DNA from: an uncultured Synergistales bacterium
GTDB lineage: Bacteria > Synergistota > Synergistia > Synergistales > Aminobacteriaceae
Assembly: GCA_937897575.1 (NCBI GenBank)
Contig: CALCQG010000051.1
Coordinates: 1 to 59,787 of the forward strand
DNA length: 59,787 nucleotides
Direction: 5' to 3'
Below the pieces are notes generated by a model. That model worked only from the letters and a program-made list of their open reading frames with translations, was not told where the DNA came from and did no database searches. The translations under genes were made by a program, and so were the position numbers. This document shows, piece after piece, positions 48,683 to 59,093 of the stretch (position 1 is its first letter; every line of letters starts with the position of its first letter).

Positions 48683-49552
48683 ATGACCGTGACGACCATA
48701 TTTTTTCAACAGATACTGAACGGCGTCATCCAGGGGTGCATCTACGCCCTCATCGCCCTGGGACTCTCTCTTGTCTTCGGGATTCTCGAGATAGCGAACT
48801 TCGCCCATGGCGAGTTCTACATGATCGGGGCCTTCATGGCCCTCTTCTCCATCACGTTCCTCGGGGTCCCCTTCTTCATTGCGATGATCATCGCCATGAT
48901 CGGAATGGCCTTCGTCGCAACGGTGATCGAACGCGTCGTTTTTCGCCCCATCGTCGGCAAACCCCTGATCAACAGCATGCTTCTCTCCTTCGGTCTGTCC
49001 ACCGCCCTGGCCAACCTGGCCCTGTACTTCTTCAAGGCGGACCCCAGGAAGATAACCTCCGGTCTGGCGTCCTACCGGTTCTCCTTCCTCGGGCTCTACA
49101 TCACGGGGGAGCGAATCGCCATCCTCGTCCTCAGCGTCTTCCTCGTCCTTCTTCTCGCGTGGTTCATCCAGTACACCAGGACCGGCAAAGCCATGAGAGC
49201 CGTGGCACAGGACAGAACCGCCGCTCAGTTGGCCGGCATCAACATCCGTCGCATCTACTCCGTCACGTTCGCCATCAGCGGAGCCCTCGCGGCCGCCGCA
49301 GGCACCATGGTGGGGGCCATGTTCTTCGTCAACCCGGAGATGGGGTTCACCGTGGTCCTGAAATCCTTCGTCATCGTCACCCTCGGAGGATTCGGGAAGA
49401 TCAAGGGGGTCATCTTCGCCGCCATCCTCATCGGCCTCGTCGAAAGCCTCGGAGGAGGCTTCATCAGTTACGCGTACAAGGATGCCTACCCATTTCTTCT
49501 TCTCATCCTGCTCTTCATTCTCAAACCCGAAGGTTTGGCGGGGGGGAAATGA
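48683..49552 (+). CDS. livH: HAAT ABC transporter permease, LivH-like
   Basis: Motifs YALIALGLSLVFG, NFAHGE, TRTGKAMRAVAQD and LGGFG. Confidence 0.93.
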   Translation: MTVTTIFFQQILNGVIQGCIYALIALGLSLVFGILEIANFAHGEFYMIGAFMALFSITFLGVPFFIAMIIAMIGMAFVATVIERVVFRPIVGKPLINSMLLSFGLSTALANLALYFFKADPRKITSGLASYRFSFLGLYITGERIAILVLSVFLVLLLAWFIQYTRTGKAMRAVAQDRTAAQLAGINIRRIYSVTFAISGALAAAAGTMVGAMFFVNPEMGFTVVLKSFVIVTLGGFGKIKGVIFAAILIGLVESLGGGFISYAYKDAYPFLLLILLFILKPEGLAGGK

Positions 49553-50529
49553 CCGTGAAAAGAAAGCCGTATATCCTTCTCTGTATCATCGCCGTTCTGG
49601 CGGCACTGCTCGGTATCCCGAGGCTCTTCTCCATGGACTACTATCTCCACATCTTCGTCATGTCGGAGATCTACGCCGTTTTGGCCCTCTCCCTTTCCCT
49701 TCTCGTCGGGTTTACCGGGCAGGTCTCCATGGGACACGCCGCTTTTTACGGCATGGGTGCCTACGCTTCGGCCATCCTGAGCCTCCGCCTCGGCCTCTCC
49801 TTCTGGGTCACCTTCTGGATGGCCGGGCTCCTCGTCGGAACCGTGGCGTATCTCATTGGAAGGCTCGTCCTGCGGCTGAGAGGGCACGTCCTCGCCATAA
49901 CCACGGCATTCTTCTGCGTCCTCGTCACCGTGGTCATGAACAACTGGATCCCCGTGACCAACGGCCCTATGGGCATCACGGGCGTCCCCTCCCCGTCTCC
50001 GTTCTCCCTCTTCGGGGTACACGCTGTCATCGAGACGAGAGCCCAGTATTACTATCTGGGGCTCCTCTTCGTGGCGTGCGTGGTCTATTTTCTCTGGAGG
50101 ATCGAGAGCTCCAGGATCGGCGACGCCATGATCGCCGTCAGAGAAAACGAGGAGCTGGCGAAATCCATCGGCATCGATACGATGAAGAGCAAGGTGCTGG
50201 CCTTTACCATCAGCGGTGCTCTGGCCGGCCTTGCCGGGGCGTTCTACGCCCACTACATCCACTTCATCAGCCCCGTCACCTTCACCATCAACGAGTCCAT
50301 CAACATCCTCGTTATGGTCATATTCGGCGGAATGAGCACCCTTTTCGGCCCGATCCTCGGAGCCGTCTGCCTCACCATACTTCCGGAGTTCCTCCGCATG
50401 GCCGGTGAGCTTCGCCTCGTGATCTACGGCATTGCGCTCATCGTCTTCATCATCTGGATGCCCATGGGAATATGGGGGACGATCCAGAGAATCCTGCTCC
50501 CGAAGGGGCCGGAAAAAACGCAGGGATAA
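49549..50529 (+). CDS. livM: HAAT ABC transporter permease, LivM-like
   Basis: Motifs GFTGQVSMGHAAFYGMGAY, LRLRG, TNGPMG, AVRENE and FGGMSTLFGP. Confidence 0.92.
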   Translation: MTVKRKPYILLCIIAVLAALLGIPRLFSMDYYLHIFVMSEIYAVLALSLSLLVGFTGQVSMGHAAFYGMGAYASAILSLRLGLSFWVTFWMAGLLVGTVAYLIGRLVLRLRGHVLAITTAFFCVLVTVVMNNWIPVTNGPMGITGVPSPSPFSLFGVHAVIETRAQYYYLGLLFVACVVYFLWRIESSRIGDAMIAVRENEELAKSIGIDTMKSKVLAFTISGALAGLAGAFYAHYIHFISPVTFTINESINILVMVIFGGMSTLFGPILGAVCLTILPEFLRMAGELRLVIYGIALIVFIIWMPMGIWGTIQRILLPKGPEKTQG

Positions 50530-50907
50530 GCCGGCACGCCGGTTTCGAATAATCCGGGCTGACGGGTCAATGGGGCGGTCTTTTCAACGGTTCATCACCC
50601 CTTCGTTCGGCATCACAACCCCGACCGGAGCACGCGCTCGGGACGTCCGGGGACGAGCGTGCGCGATTTTTGTCTTTCTCCCGTGCGGGAGCGTCCGAGA
50701 ACCAAAGAGCGGCATCCCGATGCAATGGCCCTCCCGATCGAAGGCCGGGGGGAAGTTTTTGAACCATGATATCCGAAAAGTACCGCCACCCCTCCCGACA
50801 GGGGTGACAGCGCCCTCTCCGCGTGTCGATAGAACAAAACGTTGAAACCATCTGGTTTTTCAGATATGATGAAAGGACTTCGAAAAGGCACTTTCAGGAG
50901 GGATCCC

Positions 50908-51831
50908 ATGGGGCGTTTCGTGGCACAGAGGTTGCTCATGCTCGTTCCCGTTCTGCTGGGGGTCTCTCTGGTGGCTTTTTGCATCATACAGCTCTCTCCG
51001 GGGGACCCCGCCCAGGTGATGGCCGGAATGGAGGCCTCGGAGGCCGACATCGAGATGATTCGGGAGAAATTCGGGCTGAACGAGCCGCTCCCCGTGCAGT
51101 ACTGGGCGTTCCTCAAAGGGCTCTTCTCGGGGAACCTGGTCTCCCTGCGCTACGAGGCCCCCGTCATGGAGATCGTCCTCCCCCATCTGAAAAACACCCT
51201 CATCCTGGCCTCCATGAGCATCGTCCTCGCCGTGCTGCTCGGGGTGGCCACCGGGGTGTGCTCCGCCGTGATGAGAAAAACCTGGGTGGACTACCTCGCC
51301 ACGGTGCTGGCCCTCTTCGGCGTCTCCATGCCGGTCTTCTGGTGGGGGCTCCTCCTCATGCTCCTCTTCTCCGTGAAGCTCGCGTGGCTCCCTTCGGGGG
51401 GCATGGGGACCTTCGCCCATCTCATCCTCCCCTCCGTCGCCCTGGGGACCTCCTCGGCGGGGATCATCGCCAGGATGACCCGGTCGAGCATGCTCGACGT
51501 CCTCAAGCAGGACTACATCACCACCGCCACGGCGAAAGGCCTTGTCCGGAGCGTCGTTGTGGGGCGCCACGCCCTGAGGAACGCCCTCATCCCCACGGTG
51601 ACCGTCATAGGGTTGCAGTTCGGCCAGCTTCTCGCCGGAGCGGTGCTGACGGAGACGGTGTTCTCGTGGCCCGGTGTGGGGCGTCTTCTCGTCACGTCCA
51701 TTCTCTCCCGGGATTTCCCCATGGTCCAGGCCACCCTCGTCATCGTGGCGGCGCTCTTTGTCTTCGTCAATCTCGCCGTGGACATGCTGTACGCCGTTCT
51801 GGACCCGAGGATCCGCTACCATGGCCGGTAA
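50908..51831 (+). CDS. Peptide ABC transporter permease, DppB/OppB-like
   Basis: Motifs PGDPA, GLNEPL, SMPVFW, RMTRSSMLDVL...DYITTATAKG, HALRNA and ETVFSWPG. Confidence 0.95.
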   Translation: MGRFVAQRLLMLVPVLLGVSLVAFCIIQLSPGDPAQVMAGMEASEADIEMIREKFGLNEPLPVQYWAFLKGLFSGNLVSLRYEAPVMEIVLPHLKNTLILASMSIVLAVLLGVATGVCSAVMRKTWVDYLATVLALFGVSMPVFWWGLLLMLLFSVKLAWLPSGGMGTFAHLILPSVALGTSSAGIIARMTRSSMLDVLKQDYITTATAKGLVRSVVVGRHALRNALIPTVTVIGLQFGQLLAGAVLTETVFSWPGVGRLLVTSILSRDFPMVQATLVIVAALFVFVNLAVDMLYAVLDPRIRYHGR

Positions 51832-52672
51832 ACCCTCCTCCCTCAGGCTCATCTTCGGCCGCATACGAAGGAACCCCATCGCCTTCCTCGGTCTGCTGAT
51901 CATTCTGGGGTATGTCGGGATGGCCCTCTTCGCCCCGGTCCTCGCCCCCCACGACCCCATACGCCAGGACTTGGACAAATCCTTCGCCCCCATCTCCGCC
52001 GAACACCCTCTGGGGTGCGACGAGTTCGGGCGGGATATCCTGTCGAGAATCCTCTTCGGCGCGCGGATCTCCCTGACCATCCAGGTCTTCTCCGTGGGGA
52101 TCGCGCTCTTCGTCGGCGTCTTCCTGGGGGCGATCAGCGGCTTCTTCGGGGGGTGGATCGACGAGGGGATCATGCGGATCATGGACATCCTGCTCGCTTT
52201 TCCGGGGATCCTCCTCGCCCTGGCCATCGTCGCCATGCTCGGGCCGGACCTTCACAACCTGATCATCGCCATCGGGATATACTCTATCCCGCAGTTCGCC
52301 CGAATCACACGGGGTTCGGTGCTCACCGTCAAGCAGAACGAGTACGTCACGGCGGCCCGGGCCATCGGGGAGACGAAGCCATCCGTCATCCTCCGATACG
52401 TCCTGCCGAACGCCATCTCCCCCATCATCATCCAGACCACCCTCAGGATGGCCACGGTGCTGCTCACCGCCGCGGGGCTCGGGTTTCTCGGCCTCGGGGT
52501 CCAGCCCCCCCAGCCCGAATGGGGGACCATGCTCAGCACCGCGCGGATGTACCTCAGGAGTGCCCCCATGGTGGCTTTTTTCCCCGGCGTGTCCATCATG
52601 ATCGTCGTGCTGGGGTTCAACTTTTTCGGCGACGGGCTCCAGGATGCCCTGAACCCCAAACTGAAGGACTGA
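51821..52672 (+). CDS. Peptide ABC transporter permease, DppC/OppC-like
   Basis: Motifs HPLGCDEFGRDILSR, EYVTAARAIG, LPN, LGFLGLG...PPQPEWG and GDGLQDALNPK. Confidence 0.95.
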   Translation: MAGKPSSLRLIFGRIRRNPIAFLGLLIILGYVGMALFAPVLAPHDPIRQDLDKSFAPISAEHPLGCDEFGRDILSRILFGARISLTIQVFSVGIALFVGVFLGAISGFFGGWIDEGIMRIMDILLAFPGILLALAIVAMLGPDLHNLIIAIGIYSIPQFARITRGSVLTVKQNEYVTAARAIGETKPSVILRYVLPNAISPIIIQTTLRMATVLLTAAGLGFLGLGVQPPQPEWGTMLSTARMYLRSAPMVAFFPGVSIMIVVLGFNFFGDGLQDALNPKLKD

Positions 52673-52676
52673 TGTC

Positions 52677-53648
52677 ATGGGCGATCCCATTCTCTCCGTG
52701 AAGAACCTGACGGTGCACTTCCATACGGAGGCCGGCGTGGTGAAGGCCCTGGAGGACGTCTCCTTCTCCGTCGGCCAGGGAGAGGTGCTCGGCCTCGTGG
52801 GCGAGACGGGATGCGGAAAGTCCGTCACCGCCCTCTCCGTCATGAGGCTCATCCCCACTCCTCCGGGGCGGATCGTGGGGGGGACCATCCACTTCGACGG
52901 ACGGGACGTCCTTGCGCTCAGCGAGGAGGAGATGCGGTCCCTGCGGGGGAAGGACATGGCCATGATCTTCCAGGACCCCATAAGCAGCCTGAACCCCGTA
53001 TTCACCGCCGGATACCAGGTGGAGGAGGCCATCGTCACCCACGAAGCCGTCCCGCGAAGGGAGGACCTGATCGCCAGGGTGACGGGGCTCTTCAAAAAGG
53101 TGAACATAAGCGACCCCGAGAAGAGCGTGAGGAGCTACCCCCACATGCTCTCGGGGGGGATGAAGCAGAGGGTCATGATCGCCATGGGGCTGTCGTGCAG
53201 CCCCAGGCTCATCATCGCCGACGAGCCGACCACCGCCCTGGACGTCTCCATCCAGGCGCAGATCCTGAGCCTCATCCGGCGGCTTCAGATGGAGGGCGGG
53301 AGCAGCGTGCTCCTGATCTCCCACGATCTGGGCGTCATCGCGGCCATGGCGCAGACGGTGGCCGTGATGTACGCCGGAAGCATCGTGGAGAAGACCTCGG
53401 TGAAGACCCTTTTCGACCGGCCTCTGCACCCCTACACCCGGGGGCTTCTCGGAGCCATCCCCCGGCTGGACGTGGATCAGGAACGGCTCTCCGTCATTCC
53501 GGGAACCCTGCCCGATCTCTTCAACCTCCCGCGGGGGTGCAAGTTCCGCGAGCGGTGTTCCGAAGCCCTTCCCCTGTGCGCCGAGGGGCGTCCCCTCCTC
53601 GCAGAGATCGAACCGGGACACGAGGTGGCCTGCTATGCCCGTGCTTGA
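52677..53648 (+). CDS. Peptide ABC transporter ATPase, DppD/OppD-like
   Basis: Motifs GETGCGKS, MIFQDP, YPHMLSGGMKQR, ADEPTTALDV, HPYT and C-terminal Cys motif. Confidence 0.95.
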   Translation: MGDPILSVKNLTVHFHTEAGVVKALEDVSFSVGQGEVLGLVGETGCGKSVTALSVMRLIPTPPGRIVGGTIHFDGRDVLALSEEEMRSLRGKDMAMIFQDPISSLNPVFTAGYQVEEAIVTHEAVPRREDLIARVTGLFKKVNISDPEKSVRSYPHMLSGGMKQRVMIAMGLSCSPRLIIADEPTTALDVSIQAQILSLIRRLQMEGGSSVLLISHDLGVIAAMAQTVAVMYAGSIVEKTSVKTLFDRPLHPYTRGLLGAIPRLDVDQERLSVIPGTLPDLFNLPRGCKFRERCSEALPLCAEGRPLLAEIEPGHEVACYARA

Positions 53649-54609
53649 GGTCCGGAATCTCGTCAAGCACTTCACGTCGGGCGGCGGCCTCCTGGGCGGA
53701 GCGAAGCGGGTCGTTCGGGCCGTGGACGACGTGTCCTTCACCCTGTCCGGGAACGAGACCCTAGGCGTGGTGGGAGAGTCGGGGAGCGGGAAGTCCACCC
53801 TCGGTTTTCTCGCCCTGGGGCTCCTTTCCCCGACAGCGGGGGAGATCCGTTTCCTCGGCAGGCCTGTGAACGATCTCGGGGACAGAGAGAACAGGGAGTT
53901 CCGAAGGAAGGCCCAGATCGTCTTTCAGAACCCCTTCGCCTCCCTCAACCCCAGGATGACCGTCCGGGACATACTGGACCGGGTTCTGAAGGTCCACGGG
54001 CTGCCCTCCGTCTCCGAGGACGGGGAGGTCGTCCCGTCCCTCCTTCGGGAGGTCGGCCTCCGTCCGGAGCACGCCGGACGGTACCCTCACGAGTTCTCGG
54101 GCGGGCAGCGCCAGCGCATCGCCATCGCCAGAGCTCTGGCCTCGGGGCCGGAACTCATCGTCCTGGACGAGCCGACCTCGGCCCTCGACGTCTCGGTGCA
54201 GGCCCAGGTACTCAACCTCCTCCAGGACCTCCAGAGGGCCAGGGGGCACTCCTACCTCTTCATTTCCCACAACCTGGCGGTGATCCGCCACGTGAGCCAC
54301 AGGGTGGTGGTCATGTACCTCGGCAAGTTCATGGAGATGGCTCCCAAGGAGCGGCTCTACTCCGCCCCGCTCCATCCGTACACGAGAGCCCTCCTGGCGA
54401 GCGTGCCCAAACCCTTCGTGACGGACGAAAACATAGAGGACAAGGTGATCGCCGGGGACATCCCCAGCCCCTCAGCTCCCCCGGCCGGCTGCCGATTCAA
54501 CACGCGATGCCCTCTTCGCACCCCCCTGTGCGAGGAGGAGGAACCGGAATGGAAGGAGGTGGGGAAGGAACACTTCGTGCGATGTCACCGAGTGGACGAA
54601 TGGGTTTAG
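53635..54609 (+). CDS. Peptide ABC transporter ATPase, DppF/OppF-like
   Basis: Motifs GESGSGKS, YPHEFSGGQRQR, DEPTSALDVSVQAQ and GCRFNTRCP. Confidence 0.95.
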   Translation: MPVLEVRNLVKHFTSGGGLLGGAKRVVRAVDDVSFTLSGNETLGVVGESGSGKSTLGFLALGLLSPTAGEIRFLGRPVNDLGDRENREFRRKAQIVFQNPFASLNPRMTVRDILDRVLKVHGLPSVSEDGEVVPSLLREVGLRPEHAGRYPHEFSGGQRQRIAIARALASGPELIVLDEPTSALDVSVQAQVLNLLQDLQRARGHSYLFISHNLAVIRHVSHRVVVMYLGKFMEMAPKERLYSAPLHPYTRALLASVPKPFVTDENIEDKVIAGDIPSPSAPPAGCRFNTRCPLRTPLCEEEEPEWKEVGKEHFVRCHRVDEWV

Positions 54610-54647
54610 GGGCAGTTTCCGAGCCGACAAAGAAGGAGGTTGCATTC

Positions 54648-56222
54648 ATGAAAAACAGGCGTTTTCTGCTCTTCGTTCTGACAGTACTGGTTCTCTTCGT
54701 CGCCTCGTCCGCTTTCGGGGCGGCTTCCACAACACTGACCGTGGGCCAGGGAGCCGAGCCCGTGGAGCTGGACCCGCAGAATATCACGGACAACCCGTCC
54801 GAAGAGGTCTGCTTTCAGATCTACGAGGGGCTTGTTGGGTTCGACGTGGAGGACGGCAGGCTGGAGGTGGCACCCCGCCTCGCGGACTCCTGGGAGGTCT
54901 CCGAGGACGGCAGGGTGTGGACCTTCCACTTGAAGAAGGGCGTGGTCTTCCACAGCGGAGCCCCCTTCAACGCCGAAGCCGTGAAGAAGAATTTCGACCG
55001 GCTGCTCACCGGAAAATACAAGAGAAGCTCCCTGTTCACCCCCTTCCTCTCCGAGGTCAAGGTTGTGGATGACGCGACGGTCCAGTTCCTCCTCTCCATG
55101 TCCTTCGGCCCGTTCCTTCATACCATGTGCCATACGGCCGCCATCATCATCGACCCGACGAGCATCGACTCCGGAGTGGAGATCAAGAACAACCCCTCGG
55201 GGACGGGGCCCTTCAAGTTCAAGAGCTGGCAGAAAGGCGACAGAATCACCCTCGAGGCCTTCGACAAGTACCGGGAAGGGAAACCGGCCATGGAGACGGT
55301 GGTCTTCATGTCCATCCCGGACGACAATGCCAGAACCATGATGCTCGAGACCGGCGAGATCGACATCGCCGAGCGGATCTCCGCCTTCGAAGTGGAGCGT
55401 CTCAAGAAGGACCAGAACATCGCACTGACGATCCAGCCCGGCATGAGGGTCATGTACATCGCCATGAACAACCTCGACCCCACCCTGAAGGACCCCAAGG
55501 TCCGCCAGGCAATAAACTATGCCGTGAACCGGGAGGCCATCTGCAGAAACATCCTCAAGGGCTACGCCCGCCCCATAGACTCCCCCATGGCCTACGCGGT
55601 GAACGGCTACGCTCCGGTAGAGGGCTATAAGTACGACCCCCAGAAGGCCAGAGCGCTCCTCGCCGAGGCCGGCTGGAAGGACACCGACGGCGACCGAATC
55701 CCCAAGAAGGGCGGGAAGAGGCTGGAGCTGAACCTCTGGTCGCCCAACGGACGGTACCCCATGGACCTGAAAACCGCCGAAGCGGTGCAGGGGTACCTCC
55801 ACGAGATAGGGATCGACGCCAAGCTCTCCACCATGGACTGGGCGGCCTTCCTCGCCGCTACGTCCGTGAAGCCCGAGGAGAACAAGTCCCAGCTCTTCCT
55901 CATGGGCTGGTCCCCCTCCACGGGAGACTCCGACTGGGTTCTCCGCCCCCTGTTCCACACGAAGCAGTGGATCCCCGAGGGCGGGAACCGTTCCTTCTAC
56001 TCCGACACCGAGGTGGACAGGTATGTCGACATCGGCATGACGGAGAACGACCCCGAGAAGCGCAAGGCGGCCTACCTGGAGGCTCAGAAGCTCATCATCG
56101 CCGACGCGCCCTGGCTCACCCTCTACGTCCTCGACAACGTGAACGGCAGGAGGAGCAACGTGAAGGGGCTCGTGGAATCCCCGCTGGAGCTCATCTTCGT
56201 CAAGGGAGTGACCAAGGAGTAG
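54648..56222 (+). CDS. Peptide ABC transporter substrate-binding protein (family 5, DppA/GsiB-like)
   Basis: Signal peptide. Motifs LDPQ, IYEGLV, WTFHLKKGVVFH, GTGPF, VRQAINYAVNRE and YDPQKARALLAEAG. AAGGAGG RBS before 54648. Confidence 0.95.
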   Translation: MKNRRFLLFVLTVLVLFVASSAFGAASTTLTVGQGAEPVELDPQNITDNPSEEVCFQIYEGLVGFDVEDGRLEVAPRLADSWEVSEDGRVWTFHLKKGVVFHSGAPFNAEAVKKNFDRLLTGKYKRSSLFTPFLSEVKVVDDATVQFLLSMSFGPFLHTMCHTAAIIIDPTSIDSGVEIKNNPSGTGPFKFKSWQKGDRITLEAFDKYREGKPAMETVVFMSIPDDNARTMMLETGEIDIAERISAFEVERLKKDQNIALTIQPGMRVMYIAMNNLDPTLKDPKVRQAINYAVNREAICRNILKGYARPIDSPMAYAVNGYAPVEGYKYDPQKARALLAEAGWKDTDGDRIPKKGGKRLELNLWSPNGRYPMDLKTAEAVQGYLHEIGIDAKLSTMDWAAFLAATSVKPEENKSQLFLMGWSPSTGDSDWVLRPLFHTKQWIPEGGNRSFYSDTEVDRYVDIGMTENDPEKRKAAYLEAQKLIIADAPWLTLYVLDNVNGRRSNVKGLVESPLELIFVKGVTKE

Positions 56223-56259
56223 CACTCTTTCCCGGGAGGTCAATCGCCCGGTACGCAAG

Positions 56260-56293
56260 GCAGGAGGGGAGGACCGCGGTCCTCCCCTCCTGC
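56260..56293. terminator. Perfect 34-bp palindrome between convergent genes, probable terminator
   Basis: GCAGGAGGGGAGGACCG|CGGTCCTCCCCTCCTGC. Confidence 0.65.
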
Positions 56294-56442
56294 TCTGTCC
56301 GGATTTGTCGAAGACACCTCTTCGCCTCGCCCCGACGGGGCTCTCTCCTCATCAGGCACCCCTTCACGCGGCTGCGCGCCTCACCCTTCGCGGCGGTGAG
56401 CAAGGGACGCGCCCCGGTGGACGACCGTCGCCGGAGAGGACC

Positions 56443-57414
56443 CTACAGGCTCACCACCAGCACGCCGACGGAGACGACGCATATGCCGATCCACTGAAGG
56501 ATCGTCACCGTCTCTTTCAGGAAGACGACGCCGATCAGCGCCGTGATCAGCGGGCTCGTCGCCGATATGGGCGTTCCGACGGAGACGGGGATGAGCTGGA
56601 GCCCCTTCGCGAAAAAGTATCCGCCCGCTCCGAGCCCCGCTCCTCCGGCCACAGAGGCCAAGAACCAGGGTTTCCAGCCGAGACGGAAGATGGCCAGAGG
56701 ATTTCGCCCCGAGCGCAGCTCCATCGTGACCCAGGAGCTCCAGCAGAGGACAAAGAGGAAGTAGCTCCTCCAGAGCGTCACCGTGACCGGCGCGATGTGT
56801 CGCTCTGAGATGAGCCACTTCTGCAACAGCAGCGCGCACCCCCAGCTGAAGGCCGTCAGGATGGCAAAGAAGAAGCCCGAGCGCATCGCTGCCCGTTCCT
56901 CCGCGCTCCGGTGTTCGGCGGGGTGGTGGTCCCCGTCCGTCTGCGATCCGTCGCGGTCTTGATCCCGTGCCCCTTTTCGGGGCGTCCAGATGCCCCCTCG
57001 CAGCAGGATCAGCCCACCGACGATGAGCACCGTGCCGAGGACGACGGAGGGTGTCATGGGCTCGCCGAGCCAGACCGTCGAACCCAGGATCACGAAGATG
57101 GGGTAACTGCAGGCGATGGCCACGGCCCTGCTTGCACCGATCTGCTGGATCGCCCTGAAATAGGCCAAATCCCCCAGCACGTTGCCCGACAGTACCACTG
57201 TCCCTATCAAAAAGAGCAGCTCGAAGGAGGGAGGCCCGTTCAGAGGGACGCCCTCCATGCAGGAGAACAACGTCACGCTCCCCGCGAACGTGACGGTCCG
57301 AGCCGTCAGCATCTGAACCCGGCTCATGCCCGTCAGACCCTTTTTGAGGAGGATGGGGGCGATCGCCCAGCAGAGCGCGGCGAGGGCAGCATAGGTTATA
57401 CCAAGGACGTTCAC
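56443..57414 (-). CDS. EamA/DMT family transporter
   Basis: Two 5-TM repeats (ALAALCWA...YFRAIQQIGASRA...LGE and FSWG...FAKGLQL...TSPL...FLKE). GTG start with GGAGG RBS. Confidence 0.92.
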   Translation of the reverse strand: MNVLGITYAALAALCWAIAPILLKKGLTGMSRVQMLTARTVTFAGSVTLFSCMEGVPLNGPPSFELLFLIGTVVLSGNVLGDLAYFRAIQQIGASRAVAIACSYPIFVILGSTVWLGEPMTPSVVLGTVLIVGGLILLRGGIWTPRKGARDQDRDGSQTDGDHHPAEHRSAEERAAMRSGFFFAILTAFSWGCALLLQKWLISERHIAPVTVTLWRSYFLFVLCWSSWVTMELRSGRNPLAIFRLGWKPWFLASVAGGAGLGAGGYFFAKGLQLIPVSVGTPISATSPLITALIGVVFLKETVTILQWIGICVVSVGVLVVSL

Positions 57415-57455
57415 GGTCTTTTGAACCTCCCTCCTCTCGTCACTTTGTCACGAAA

Positions 57456-57487
57456 CCGCCGCGGAGCGGCATACCGTTCCGCGGCGG
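57456..57487 (-). terminator. Hairpin/possible terminator upstream of the EamA gene
   Basis: CCGCCGCGGAGCGG-CATA-CCGTTCCGCGGCGG, with only a short T run on the minus strand. Confidence 0.4.
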
Positions 57488-57724
57488 ACATTCACGCCGC
57501 AGAGAAGAAGCGCCGGACAAGGTCCTCACGCGGGAGGGGCGTACTGCGGGAGGGCTGCACCCTTCTTCCTCCTTCTTCACAGCCGACGGAGCCCGTTCGT
57601 CCTGAAGGCGCCGCCCGGACGCGGAACAGGCGCTGCCCCGGTGTCCCCAGCGTACCCCGTGGACTTCAGGGACGCACCGCAGCGCCTTCCCCTGGGTCGA
57701 CGCGCTTCTCCGCGGCGTTCTCCG

Positions 57725-58855
57725 TCAGAACGTGCCGGCCAGACGGTAGGCGTGGCGGTGCACCGCCTGGTCGATGGTGTAGGCCATCCCCTCGGCCACG
57801 TCGTAGAAGCTCTCCGACGACTGCCCCGCCATATGGCGGCGGACGGCCTCCTTCAGCTGGCCGTAGAAGTACGCCATGAAGACCTCGATGGCCTTCTCGT
57901 TCACGCCGCCCTTCGTCGCGTGGTTGCGCGTGGACTCCTCGAGCTCGGCTCGGGTGGCCAGCTGCACGGTGCACAGCAGGGACTCGAAGTTGGCGCCGTG
58001 GAAGTCGCGGGCGAGCGCCTCGTCGCACCCCATGTCCAGGATGTACCGGAGGATGCCCTTGTACCAGGCCATGGTCACGCTCCCGATGAAATCCCCTATT
58101 TTCTCGGGGACATCCCGCGTGGAGCTCGCGCAGACGCCGTCCCCCGAGAGCCCCATGGCCCTCCGGTAGGAGGCGCGCATGGCGCTGCCCACGTCCGACG
58201 TCGTGACCGGGCAGCCAAGCTCCTGAAGCGCCTCGGAGACGGCGTAGCTGATCTCGAAGCACGTGTGGGCGGTATTCTTGCTGGACAGAGCGTAGAGCGA
58301 CTGGTCGTGCGGCAGGAGGAACGTCCGCCCGAAGAGGTTCGAGAGGTCGATGGCGCGCTGCCGCCGCTCCGGGGGGAAGGGGTCGCCGGGCGTGAAGACC
58401 AGAAAGCTCGCCCCGTACTTTTCGAGAGAAACCCCTCCCACCGTCTCCATCATGCTCGGAAGGAACTTGACGCAGTGGATGTCCCCCCCGAGACGGGTGT
58501 AGTAGTACTGCGGGTCCGGAACGGGGCCGAAGGTGTAGATGTCCGGAAGGGGGATGCCCTCCCGCCGCACCTCGGAGAAGTAGGGCACGAGGGCCGATGA
58601 GATGATGCCGGGGATCTGCGGCGGAGGCGGGCACATGACGACGATGTCCGGCCGTCTCTCTCGGAGGACTTCGAGGGTGTTGTCCACGGTGATGGCGAAG
58701 GGGTATCGGGAGCGCAGCGCGTCGAGATCCTTGTCCGTTGCCTTGATCACGGCGACGTTCGTCGCGACGCGGTCGCCCAGAAGCATCTCGTACCCGGGAT
58801 ACAGGAACCCTCCGATGAAGCCCATTCCGACGACGACGATATTCTTTGTCTCCAA
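57725..58855 (-). CDS. Divergent pyrroline-5-carboxylate reductase (ProC)-like NAD(P)-dependent oxidoreductase
   Basis: Rossmann motif IVVVGMGFIG. VKFLPSM resembles ProC VRxMPN, and ATKGGVNEKAI resembles ProC SPGGTT. Start is TTG 58855 or GTG 58858. Confidence 0.6.
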   Translation of the reverse strand: METKNIVVVGMGFIGGFLYPGYEMLLGDRVATNVAVIKATDKDLDALRSRYPFAITVDNTLEVLRERRPDIVVMCPPPPQIPGIISSALVPYFSEVRREGIPLPDIYTFGPVPDPQYYYTRLGGDIHCVKFLPSMMETVGGVSLEKYGASFLVFTPGDPFPPERRQRAIDLSNLFGRTFLLPHDQSLYALSSKNTAHTCFEISYAVSEALQELGCPVTTSDVGSAMRASYRRAMGLSGDGVCASSTRDVPEKIGDFIGSVTMAWYKGILRYILDMGCDEALARDFHGANFESLLCTVQLATRAELEESTRNHATKGGVNEKAIEVFMAYFYGQLKEAVRRHMAGQSSESFYDVAEGMAYTIDQAVHRHAYRLAGTF

Positions 58856-59093
58856 CACGCCTCTCACCTCAGTCGGGAGCACGAAAGGGCCTTCCCGTTC
58901 ACCCGCAGAACGAAGCCCCCGGCGGGAGAAACGGCGGGCGCATGCCCTCCCTTTCGCTACTCCATCATCATTGATGAACCTTCGTAGTATATAACGAACG
59001 GCTTCACTGCGCCAACGCGTCGATCTGCCCGCCTCCGCAGGGAGCGCAGAGGGGCCGCACCGGGGTGTCACCGGACGAACCACGGGCCGCCCT

